This document shows positions 42,161-53,018 of a stretch of 64,000 nucleotides of DNA, piece by piece; within the stretch, counting starts at the first letter, position 1, and each line of letters begins with the position of its first letter. The notes beneath the pieces are model-generated. The model worked only from the letters and a program-made list of their open reading frames with translations, had not been told where the DNA came from and did no database searches. The stretch is from Balanoglossus misakiensis (taxonomy: Eukaryota > Animalia > Hemichordata). The position numbers were made by a program, and so were the translations under genes. The stretch spans positions 10,421,403 through 10,485,402 of the forward strand of contig CM082587.2 in assembly GCA_040954595.2 (NCBI GenBank), written 5' to 3'.

Positions 42161-42942
42161 CTGAACATCATCAAAATAAAAAGAAAGGGTTTATTTGTGT
42201 GATGAATGGTCATAAAGCTTCAGCTCTTCAAGTTGAAGAAATTTCATTGATGATAAAATTACTTCACCAACAGTGAGTATCCAATGTACATGTATAAAAC
42301 AAATTTTATATTAGTATAAATCAAATGTAAAATTTTGAAACAACATTTATCACACCCGAAAATTCCAAGAACAGCATATTATTATTCTCTAAGCTCAAAC
42401 TATCAGTGTGAAAGATGCCAGATTCTTAAAATACTTGACCCAGTTTTGTTTCTGATTTATAATTATGAAATACTGTAAAACAGGAAATTTTTCGTGATAT
42501 CAAAAGTGACAACTTTTATGCGATGATTAATTTTCAAATTCTCATTTTTCACTGCATTGTTATCTTCGAAAAACATTTTTACACAACTTGTTTATTTTCG
42601 TGTTTTTTGGCTCTCGCATAGTTCGTGAAATATTTATAGCTCGCGAAAATTTCCTGTTTTACAGTACGAAATTCTTTGAGGATCAGAATTTCTGCTGACA
42701 GTTCAAAAGTAGTCTGTAGTTGCAAAGGAGATGTACAAATAATTATGGTCTGGTAGTTTGAGGTTGGCACATATCAGTTGTCATGCATATTTACAAGATT
42801 CTTTTGTATAATGACTTCAAGCCAAAACTACACTATACCACACATTTAGGAAACTTGGTCTCATCACCTGGGCCCACTTTGCAATGATGTTGAGGTGAGC
42901 GTAGAGAATATGATTGTTTCAGACCACTTGCCAAAAACATAC

Positions 42943-43047
42943 CTGCACATCCAATCTCATCAGAGAAATCACCATCACCACAGTCAACTGTACCATCACA
43001 AACCCAGTCAGGATTTATACAATTACCATTGGAGCATCGAAAGTCAC
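42943..43047 (-). CDS. LDL-receptor class A exon
   Basis: [35 protein letters not shown], flanked by ag/gt. Confidence 0.9.
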
Positions 43048-43530
43048 CTGAACAAAAATTATTTAAAAAATAAAGATAACATTTACATTGATGGATATTT
43101 TTTTAACTTTTGTCATAATACTGATATATCTTATTAATTTTCTGTATGTAGGAAAGGACATGAAAGTTTTTGTATCAAACCCATAAGCTTTTAAGTTTAT
43201 GAACAATATCACACGATCAATATTGTATCTCTGCCAAAAGTAAAACTGCTTTAACAAAAAAGCATGAAAACCTGTTTCACATAAATAGTCTAAAAGTATA
43301 ATTTAAAGATAACAATTCAATTAATGAGTGGAATTATTTAGCGACAAAATTACTGGCCAGAATGAAGTAACTCTCCTCCGTTTTGAATTTCAAATATAAC
43401 ACCATTCTGCACCGCAGGAGACATGATCTCATCTGATCCCCTTTGTTTAACTTTTAGTGGTGAGCTCTTCCAAGTCTAGATGTTTAAAGTTTAATATCCT
43501 ATCACATGTATATCTTGTATGGCTTAGGGG

Positions 43531-43818
43531 ACTCTCTCACTCTCTCCCTCCCACCCCCTCTCCCTCCCCCCTCCCTCTCTAGCTCTCTCCCTCCCCCTCT
43601 CCCTCCCTCTCCCCTCGATCCTCCCTCCCCTCTCTCTCCCCTCCCTCTCCCCTCCCTCCCTCTCCCTTTCTCTTACCGCCCCCCTCCCTCCCCTCTCCCC
43701 TCCCTCCCTTTCTCCCACCCTCCCCTCGATCTCCCACTCCCCTCGATCCCCCTCCCCTCTCACTCTCCCCTCCCACCCTCTCCCTCCCTCACTTTTGCTC
43801 TCTCTCTCTCTCTCTCTT
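43531..43818. repeat. Polypyrimidine (C/T) low-complexity tract
   Basis: About 290 bp of almost pure C/T, ending in (CT)n. Confidence 0.9.
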
Positions 43819-43906
43819 AGTGTAGGGAAGTGACCACAGCAGTGTGAGAAAAGTAAAGACCTGATGCTAGTAAGGGCAGATTCTAGTTGATTTGAATCAG
43901 ACTTAC

Positions 43907-44675
43907 CCTCAGCACAAGCTGCTACTTCACACATTGACGGACTGACATCATCACATCTTGCATGATACCATGGGTAAATATTTTCAAAGAGGTTTAACCT
44001 CACACATTGCCCAGTGGAGGCATCAGGTTCTGTGTCTGCCCATCGACCATCAAAGACACTACCTTTCCTGCCATCTGAATAATCATATTCCACACTGCCA
44101 CCTGGATTGGGTACACTAAATCCTATAAAATGGAAATAAAGAAAGAAGATGCATACAGCAGTGTTTCATCCAGGATGGGGGGATATGTCCCCCTTTGCAA
44201 GAATAGTTGCACTCTTGCAAGGAGGGGAATGAGTGACATCGCTGAGTCTGTAACGGGCACCATTTCCCCCTTGACAAATTTCTAGGGGGTGCCAACATGC
44301 TGACAGTGGGCGAATTCCCCCATCCCTCCGTCTGGATGAAAAACTGCATACAGAGTCACTTGGCAAGATTTTGTGAGGTGATTGAGATGTAAAAAATAGG
44401 CTTTTCAATTACCATCTTGAGACAATTATCATTCAAGTGTTACTATGCAGTGCTCACTTGTAAACTGTCAAATTCCAAAACCAGTTATTTTTTACACTTG
44501 ATACACCCACAAATTATTTGGGAACACTGAGAAACACTGTTAAAAGACACACTCACCAATCCAACCATGGTTCGCTGTTTCATTGGAAGTCTCTTCAATC
44601 TGGTTTACAATCTCTGCTCCAGCATAAAGATTTTCAGAATAACCCTCAATTACTGTCAAGTGCCCACCATAAAAT
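43907..44675 (-). CDS. C-type lectin domain exons (44557-44675, 43907-44122)
   Basis: FYGGHLTVIEGYSEN...HGWIG / YDYSDG...RWADTEPD...GQCV...WYHARCD...MCE. Confidence 0.85.
44159..44346. mobile_element. MITE with CAG termini (hAT- or P-like)
   Basis: TIR cagt(g/t)tttcatccag; 7-bp TSD catacag. Confidence 0.75.
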
Positions 44676-45681
44676 CTGAAAATAAACCAATTTATAACAC
44701 ATCAAACATGTTCCAAACTAATTTCGAAATTCCAGTCCGAGAATAATACCTTTCCTCTTTGAAAACATTTAATATTGGTGAATAAGAGGTTCATAAATGT
44801 ATAACATTAGATTTTTGTTTGTAAAGTCTATAATTTGTGTTACACCTTTCCAATAAGTGTGTAATTAGTGTAGATTTCGGCAGAATTTCTGGGAAAAAAG
44901 AATCTGTGAAAAATTCACCTGAATTTTGGGGAGAAAAAAATCTGCTGAACGTTTCCTTTCAATAAAAAAGTTCAGCTTAATTTTTTTAGAGAAAACATGA
45001 CAATTTCCAGGAAATGGCTGTTGTTGTTTTGTTTTGTTTTTGGTGTGAATAAACTTAAAAGACAAATTCTGATACAGTTGCATCAAGGTGATGGAAGAAA
45101 ATCCCAGATTAACAGGATATTTGGAAAATTTATCCAGAATTCCAAAATTAGTTCGAAATGTGACATTGTGTTATCAATGATCTGTGTTGAGCAGTCGAAC
45201 GATGAACGGGTAGTTGACAATTCCCACGAGCACACCCCGTACCCTTTCTCGGTAGTTGCGCCGGGCCGGTCGGCAATGTCACAGAAAAAGTGGTACGATA
45301 TGCCAGCTGAGTCATTCCTAGTCTAAAATTCAGAGTATACAAGGCCGTCTCTAGCTAAATATTATAATAACTATCGAGAAAGATGGCAATATCAGCGAAT
45401 GTGGGGCTGCAGGCATGCAGAATATATGACCAAAGGATCCGCGTGAAAAAAAGACAATTACCTACTTTGCTACCGTGGGTCTTTGACTGATTAATACTCG
45501 ATAACGTGCATCAAAGCCAGCCCAGGCTTCAGGGGCATAATATTCCCGAGTTTATACGCGAAGAAACCAAGAAATATTCATGAGTATGTCGACAGAACTT
45601 GTCTTTTAGCTCAAATTTGACCTGGCTTAAGGTCACTGCGACAGCGCAGCCAGCGGTAGAATTCCTGATTCCCGAATAACT

Positions 45682-45716
45682 AACTCTCGCGAGAGTTGAT
45701 CTAGTGCGCTTGCGCA
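45682..45716. promoter_or_regulatory. TCTCGCGAGA palindrome and NRF1-like GCGCTTGCGCA upstream of the THAP ATG
   Basis: Perfect 16-bp palindrome aactctcgcgagagtt at 45682-45697, about 105 bp before ATG 45803. Confidence 0.45.
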
Positions 45717-46661
45717 GTGTGTGAAATGTTTGTCCTACCGCTTGGAGGGTAGGACACTTTCCGACTGTATTGTTTACAAAGTGACCTGCGGTTGCTAGGA
45801 TAATGCCCGAGTTTCAATGCGCAGTTACGGGTTGCAAATCCCATACACGGAAGTTGCGTAACTTAGATTAGTACCCGTTGATGTCAGGAGTGACTTTCCA
45901 CGCATTTCCGCATCGAATTTACCAGAAAAATATTCGCCGAAAGTGGATATCAGCGTGCCACCGGGAACCATCTTGGATTCCCAACAAGTTTTCAAGGTTA
46001 TGTTCACGCCATTTCGATGAACATAATGTTCCGTCAACGGGTGACTGGAAGCACAACATCGTCCCACATAAATTTGCATATAATGACTGGGGGCAACGGA
46101 ATTCATCAGAATCATTACGTCCACGAAACCTGTGGCAGCAACGCCAACGGATTTACGATGTACCGGTACACACGGTACAGGCCGCCGCTGAGCAGACGGT
46201 AGATTTTGCGACCAGTTGCCGACCCACGTCTGGAGTTTCTGCTGACTGCTGCCTCGGAAGCCAAACGTGTCACCCGTCTGTGTCCACCAAATGTAAGTAC
46301 TACATGTATACCGCTTTGAACGTCCATGTGCACCCGTCAAATGACGTGTGAAAATACAAGTGGTTGTCTCATGTACTTTTCGTTATCACAACGTACTAAA
46401 ACATTTACGATCACCGATCTGGTCATTGACAAAAGTTTCTCGTTTGCCGTACTTTCTTTCTGTCGGCATGAATATTGCTAGGATATGAAAACGCTGATAA
46501 TTTGAAGAGAAAAATGTATTGTCTCTTGTAACCTAACGAAAACTGGTCACCATTCACAAACGCGGATGCCAAAACCACGTTGATATAAACGGCGCGCTTG
46601 TGCGCGTCTACGCGTGTGATAATCAGCGCGTCTGCGCCGCCATGTGTTCAATGCATGCCGG

Positions 46662-47073
46662 TGTTGTGCCGAATTCGGCCCCATGCCGAATACGTCCCCG
46701 CGCATGCCTTGACAAACAAACCATGGCTTCTAAGGGATAAGATCGGCAGGTAAAGCTGCTGATTTCAGCCCCGTTGCCGATTAAGACCCCAACTAAAGTC
46801 ATGTTAACTATTGAAAGCTAAAAGTGATGGTTTCGGCCTAAATGGGTGAATATCTGCCCATGGCCCTGATTTGTTGGTGGAATGAAATTAAATCCTTGCG
46901 GTAATGCAATGTCCAAGTTTACAGTGCAGTACAATGTACATTCATGCACAGCCTTACATGCACGTTGGATGGCAAAACTTTCACACAAGAAAATGCAATA
47001 TTTCAGACACATGTTACTGATGACCCGAGCATGCGCGGGACGTATTCGGCATGGGGCCGAATTCGGCACAACA
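46662..47073. mobile_element. Non-autonomous Ginger1-like element (internally deleted)
   Basis: TGTTGTGCCGAATTCGG... TIRs with TGT/ACA ends and CCGG on both sides. Confidence 0.75.
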
Positions 47074-47107
47074 CCGGTGTTGTGCCGAATTCGGTACCAT
47101 GCCAAAT

Positions 47108-48315
47108 CACGGGCGTCATGGAACAATAAAGTGTATAGATAAACGCGACGTCCTCAATGAACAAAGAATAAAATATTTCATGGGTTTGTTTGGTGTGGAC
47201 GAGAAATGCACTAAAGCTAGGTCAGTGTTAACTTTATGTGCAAAACCACACCGTACGCGTATCTAATAGGGGATAGGCACCGTGTGTACATGTATACGAT
47301 CTCGTCTTGAGCAGTAAAGGCGATGTCTACGCATGCGTGCGCGCCCGCAACTGATCTGTGTACGTGAGTACACATATATACAGGGTATGAAACGAATTTT
47401 CAGCCCACCGCCATTTGGCAACTATTACGAAGACAATCGCTACCAAATCAGAGTATGCGTTTTAGATGACAGAGAAACCTAATGTCTGGCTTTTCAATTT
47501 TCAAAAGTCGGTCGAACATTCGAGATATTATCGATCGAAAAGTGTCACTCGTCCTGGGGACGTGCGTTACCGACGTAAAATGGCGTTTGGGCGATGTCGC
47601 AAATTTCGCCATGAAAGGTATACATAGGACAAACTGTTTTCATCCAAAAAAAATCATAGCAAATATAACAGTGATGCACATGAACAACGTCCACCATGAC
47701 TGGGAGGAGCTGAGCTGAGCTCACGCATAGTTTCATACACATGATATAAAACCCGGCGATCGAACACGGCACTTCCGGTCACCAGATTCGCAATGGTTTT
47801 GTATACGGATTTGTTGTATTTTTCACGTTTTCCGTTTTTTATTCATGATTAATCCAACACTTTTCAAGACACATTCTAAGCAAAAATGAAAACTATTGAC
47901 TACACTTCGATGGCACTCTCTGCTCCGTAGAACAAAGTGTGCCCCCTGTCCCCCCTTTTTGGTAACGCACGTCCCCAGACTCCATGTGAGCGATTGCATA
48001 CCCTTCCTTACACATGTTACATACACTGTATACGAACGCGTCTGTCCTGGCTAGCAACGGAGTCGTACGATCGTCTGCCGCGCGCGCTGGGCCGGGCGCG
48101 TGCGCGCGTGCGGTTGTAGATTGCTCCATCACTTCCCTGTTCGGCGCGTTCGGCGGCGCTAGTGCGTTCGCTCGCATATTTTGCGTGTCCAGCTGTAGCT
48201 AGGCCGTTCGTGAGTGTAGTTCTCGTTCACATAAAAAAAAGGAAATAATTTATTGTGTATTCGTTTAGACCTATGCTAAGTTATCCATACACTTTATTGT
48301 TCCATGACGCCCGTG
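47108..48315. mobile_element. Non-autonomous TIR element, P-like
   Basis: TIR cacgggcgtcatggaacaataaagtgtat; about 7-bp TSD gcc(a/g)aat; CA..TG ends. Confidence 0.7.
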
Positions 48316-50933
48316 GCCGAATACGTCCCCGCGCATGCCTTGACAAACAAACCATGGCTTCTAAGGGATAAGATCGGCAGGTAAAGCTGCCGATTTCAGC
48401 CCCGTTGCCGATTAAGACCCCAACTAAAGTCATGTTAACTATTGAAAGCTAAAAGTGATGGTTTCGGCCTAAATGGGTGAATATCTGCCCATGGCCCTGA
48501 TTTGTTGGTGGAATGAAATTAAATCCTTGCGGTAATGCAATGTCCAAGTTTACAGTGCAGTACAATGTACATTCATGCATAGCCTTACATGCACGTTGGA
48601 TGGCAAAACTTTCACACAAGAAAATGCAATATTTCAGACACATGTTACTGATGACCCGAGCTTTTACTCTTACATAAGTTTGCGTGCATGAACCATGTTT
48701 TGGTTTGCAGTGGAAATTCTAGTCGAAACTACTGCCAACTTAGGGGAGGCATCGGCCGCGCGGTAAGGGCCTGGTCAGAATTAACAGGGGGGGTAGGGCC
48801 GGTGCGATTGGGGGGAGGGTCACCATTTCTCATGCAACGGTTTGGGGGAGGGCCGCTACATTTTGGGCACTTGTCAAGGGGAGGGTCATTAATTTTTGTG
48901 CAAGGATGACACCGATAATGTCAAAAATTTGAAGTGTTACAGAGAAATCCTGAAAAGAGACTTGCGCTCATATAGGCACTCCTGTATGGATGTATTGACA
49001 TCCCTTGTACTACAAAATACATCACACAACTCACAAAACATACACATGTACCAGTATGTGATCTTAAACCCCCTAACCCTAACCCTAATTAGGGTCCAAC
49101 GGGCATTAGGGGACCTGAGATTTCGGGCTCTAACCCTACTTCCTTGCCAATGTTTGTTTTACCCCTCCTTTTGATACAATGTAGGTAAACATGTAAACAA
49201 CAACAACAAATATCAACAAAAACAAGTCAACCCTTCCATGTTTTTTTAAGGTCGAGTCCCCCAATGCCCAACTTATGTCTTGTTTGGCCAAAAAAAGAGG
49301 GTTAGAAAAAATTGTTTGGATTTATTTTGTTATCTTTTAGGTTGTTGTTATTGATTTTGGTCCCCTGTCTAACCCCAGCCTTTAAAAAAACATTTTTAGA
49401 AAGGCCAAAAAAATGCCTTGGTGGGTATATGCAAGTTGCTCCAGACGGCAAGTCCAAATTGTGCATGGACGGATTTCTTGGTAGGTACTTTTAAATTTTA
49501 CATAAACCATAACAAACTATATATTTTCAGAAAGGTCTCGGCGAGTTCTATAACATACTAAAATTTGACCAACTTTGAACTTGACCTTGAAAAGTTATTG
49601 CGGAAAAACCTATTGAAAAAAACATACTTTTTAGGGTACGCGGTGTCACCCCCTTAATATAGTTGGAAACCACTGAAAATTACAGGATAGATTGATAATA
49701 AGTTGTTTTAATGTGGTGTGGTGAAAAAATTTTGAAATTCGAAGGTCAAGGTCAACTTCGCCATTGCTTATAGTTGTTGGTTTACCTATGTCGGATTTCA
49801 TTATCCTTTGACCTTTGACCTCGAAATTTGGTACACAAGTAGAGTGTCTATCTATAAACTCTTGACAAAAGTTACATTTAAATATTTTAACATAAAAGCA
49901 CTTTTTTGACCAAAAAGCAAACTTCTGTAAATTAGCTGTAAATTAGCTTTTTTTTAATATACACTTTGCTTTTTTAAGATTATTTTTTTATTTTAAGCAT
50001 TTCAAAGATGAAACTTTCCAGAAACCATCATGAGATGTTCTAGAATATAAAAGTTCTAGAATATAAAAAAGTTTACACTTTTGAGATTGGACGCCATTAA
50101 GTATTCCAAATGTTGTTGCAAAATAGACTGAAATAATGCCCATAGACGTAACATGTATAAAAACAAAAGAATAATTTTTTTGGACACTTGGAAATTTTTT
50201 TTTAATGTATTTGTTTTGTCTTTTATATATGATATAGAGTAGTAATTGCTCTATTCAAAACACTATTTGGTTTAAAGATCTGATTTCATTTAGTCTTTTA
50301 TTTTAATTTATTCTATTGTAATTATGCATGTTCAAGTATAGGGAAAATATTCAGTTTTGAGGTTAAGTTTGCATTACTTTTAACACACTTAGGGTTGGCC
50401 GATCTTCAAACTGTAACCAGTTTTGAGACCACCAATAACTGCTCTAAAACATATTGAAGACCGGATGTAAAATCATTAAGAATAAATTTATAGGTGGGGC
50501 CACAATAAAGGGATGTAAAAGAAATTATTTCGCTTTAATTGCATGTTAAAGAATAGGAAAAAAATGATAACATTAGAGACCCTATCCTAAAATGTAAAAT
50601 AAAGGAGCTTAAGAGCTGATTTTTCCAGGAATGATAGACATTTAAATTCTCAATTCTGGGGTACCTTAATATCTAAGAAATGTAGACAAGAAGTTATAAA
50701 AATATAATTATGAAACAAAATGTTTGTGCCTCATAGGCTTTACACTGTAGAAAACAGGGTGTCATAGGTAAAAAATTAGGAAAGTAAGAAAACATGTCAT
50801 TTAAAGCTTGTAATTTTCAGAGACTGTTAAGAACATGTTGGGATACTACCTACATTTTTTTAAAGTTGTTACATGTACAGCAATGCCAGTAACTATGGAT
50901 ACAAACTAGGTAATTCATAAACCTCATATAGAA

Positions 50934-52172
50934 CTGTGACATCACTTTACTTTTGGCACACCTGTTTATTTATTATTAAAGATTTCACATCGGGTCTTCA
51001 ATATGTTTTAGAGTAATAGTTGGAGATCTCAAAACAGTTTACACTTTAAAGATAGACCCACTCCAAGTGTTACAGTATTATTGCAAACATTACCTAGAAA
51101 CAGTGATTCACCCTATACTTTAAAATGATTGTAGACATAAGATCCACTGTAACATCACTTTACTTTTGGCACACCTGTTTATTTATTATTAAAGATTTCA
51201 CATCGGGTCTTCAATTAAATAATAACACATGTTAGCGAGGGCAATATCATGATCTTTGGCCTGCACGAGGGATGGTGATCTCTGACCATAATATTGATGA
51301 TGCCCAAGCCGCAGGCGAGGGTATTATCAATATTATGGTCAGAGATCACCAGCACGAGGGCAGGCCAAAGATCATGATATTGCCCGAGCATGACATGTGT
51401 TATTAATTTTATTATACCGAACATTTGACCATACATACAGCCTAGAGGGTTGCGTCCATGTCGTACATTGCAGGTTGCCGGAACTAAAATATCTCGCCAT
51501 ACCTACTTCGAACTCAGATAATCTTGAGGAAACCGCGCTGTTGGTTGCGACTTTGGTGTATTTACTGCCCGTTTGCGTTAAAATATCGTCCAGTTGAACA
51601 GCTGTTAATCCTGTGTGTCGCTTTGAAGCCATATATGCGGGAGTTGACTGATCGTAAAGGAAGCCATTGAACGACAGTTTGTTATGCGCAGAAAAGATGC
51701 GCAGAACCTAAAACCCGTTCTCAGCCTGTAATATTCTCTCAGCGCGCGCGTAGCCCCTACCAACGGGCCATATACTCTGTCAACCATGTAATATCACGTT
51801 CTTTTCTATGTCACGTGGTACGGTCTCAGCCAATCAATAGTACGGAATACAGAGTGAGGTATAATAATATGTTTTAGAGTAATAATTGGCGATCTCAAAA
51901 CAGCTTACACTTTAAAGATAGACCCACTCCAAGTGTTACAGTAGTGTTGCAAACATTACCTAGAAACAGTGATTCACCCTATACTTTAAAATGATTGTAG
52001 ACATAAGATCCACTGTAACATCACTTTACTTTTGGCACACCTGTTTATTTATTATTAAAGATTTCACATCGGGTCTTCAATATGTTTTAGAGTAATAATT
52101 GGCGATCTCAAAACAGCTTACACTTTAAAGATAGACCCACTCCAAGTGTTACAGTAGTGTTGCAAACATTAG
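50934..52172. repeat. 213-bp tandem repeat, about 3 copies, the second interrupted by an insertion
   Basis: Unit ctgt(g/a)acatcactttacttttggcac... starts at 50934, 51147 and 52013. Confidence 0.85.
51216..51868 (-). mobile_element. Long-hairpin element with Crypton-like ORF start
   Basis: Clean insertion into the 213-bp repeat; palindrome 51221-51404; IR ttattatacc / ggtataataa. ORF MASKRHTGLTAVQLDDILTQTGSKYTKVATNSAV resembles the N-terminus of DUF3504/Crypton proteins. Confidence 0.65.
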
Positions 52173-52582
52173 CTAAAACTTACATTTTCCCCAACCCTAA
52201 CCCTAACCCTAATTTCTTAAGGGAAGGGGAGCACAGTACGATATTTTACCCACAATTCTCCATGATTTGTATCATCGAGGTTGTCCATTTAATAACTTTT
52301 TCTGTTTTAGATACTAACAATGATATGAAGTACATATAACTGTATTTATCTAGGAAAAGTATGTTGAGGAATAAGAGTGAAAATTTCAAAATGAATATTT
52401 AAAAGCCATATGAATCAAAGTATTCATGTACTGCAAATGTCACACTTTGGAGGAAACAAGCAAATAACTAACTGAGGTGTATTTAATAGTGGTCGACAAT
52501 TTTCTGTACACATGTGAACTTTGCCTGGTTTGACTGAGTAATATCTGATTGTACAAATCAGAATGAATCATCGGATATTGTG

Positions 52583-53018
52583 TAGCCCGGAGACACAGGC
52601 GTCGATCTAGAATACAACGCCCGGGGACTGTCGAGAAATTTCCTGCTGAGCTGAAAGATAGTAGCCCTGGCAATGATCAGGGTCGCTTAGTAACGAATGG
52701 ATAACGATTGATCTATCAAATGTTGACGGGCGCCAGTGGTTGGATGATATAATTAACAAAGCTTGGTTATGAATATTCATACACCTTCAAAACCACTCCC
52801 ACACCCCCGTTGCGGGAATTTCACTCATGACTCCACCTCTATTTCCTTATTTAGAATGCGATGATGTCATTTGGTTTACACATTGTTACATTTAAGTGAC
52901 CAATTAGCTTACACACAAGATTTACCACCCGTGTCCTTCTGCGCACAGAATTTGGTGCGTAAATAGAGACTGTCCCCGGGCGTTCCTTTTCCCCTACTAC
53001 GCCTGTGTCTCCGGGCTA
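52583..53018. mobile_element. MITE with 9-bp TSD (hAT- or Mutator-like)
   Basis: TIR tagcccggagacacaggcgt; TSD gatattgtg (52574-52582, 53019-53027). Confidence 0.85.

Larger units (their letters stand above)
15628..44675 (-). pseudogene. uif: Uninflatable-like (SVEP1-like in generic annotation) multidomain cell-surface gene; at least 36 exons, partial and disabled
   Basis: Phase-compatible GT-AG exons give CLECT-LDLa-CUBx3-CCPx4-EGF-CCPx3-split CCP[mucin-expansin-mucin-SEA-like]-HYR-CCP-SEA-like-GCCx3-EGF, close to the domain order recalled for Drosophila Uif. Lesions: 2 in-frame stops, 2 frameshifts, 1 lost exon start, 1 mutated acceptor. No signal peptide or TM exon seen. Confidence 0.75.

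Noticed and set aside
43506-43820. Pro/Leu/Ser-rich and Gly/Arg/Glu-rich ORFs
   Set aside because: Artefacts of the C/T low-complexity tract.
45235-45600. Candidate 5' exons (signal peptide or lectin start) of the uif-like gene
   Set aside because: Splice-like sites exist but the translations show no signal peptide or C-type lectin motif.
49070-52212. (CCCTAA)n as interstitial telomere
   Set aside because: Only about 3 units at each of two sites, inside a Harbinger element.
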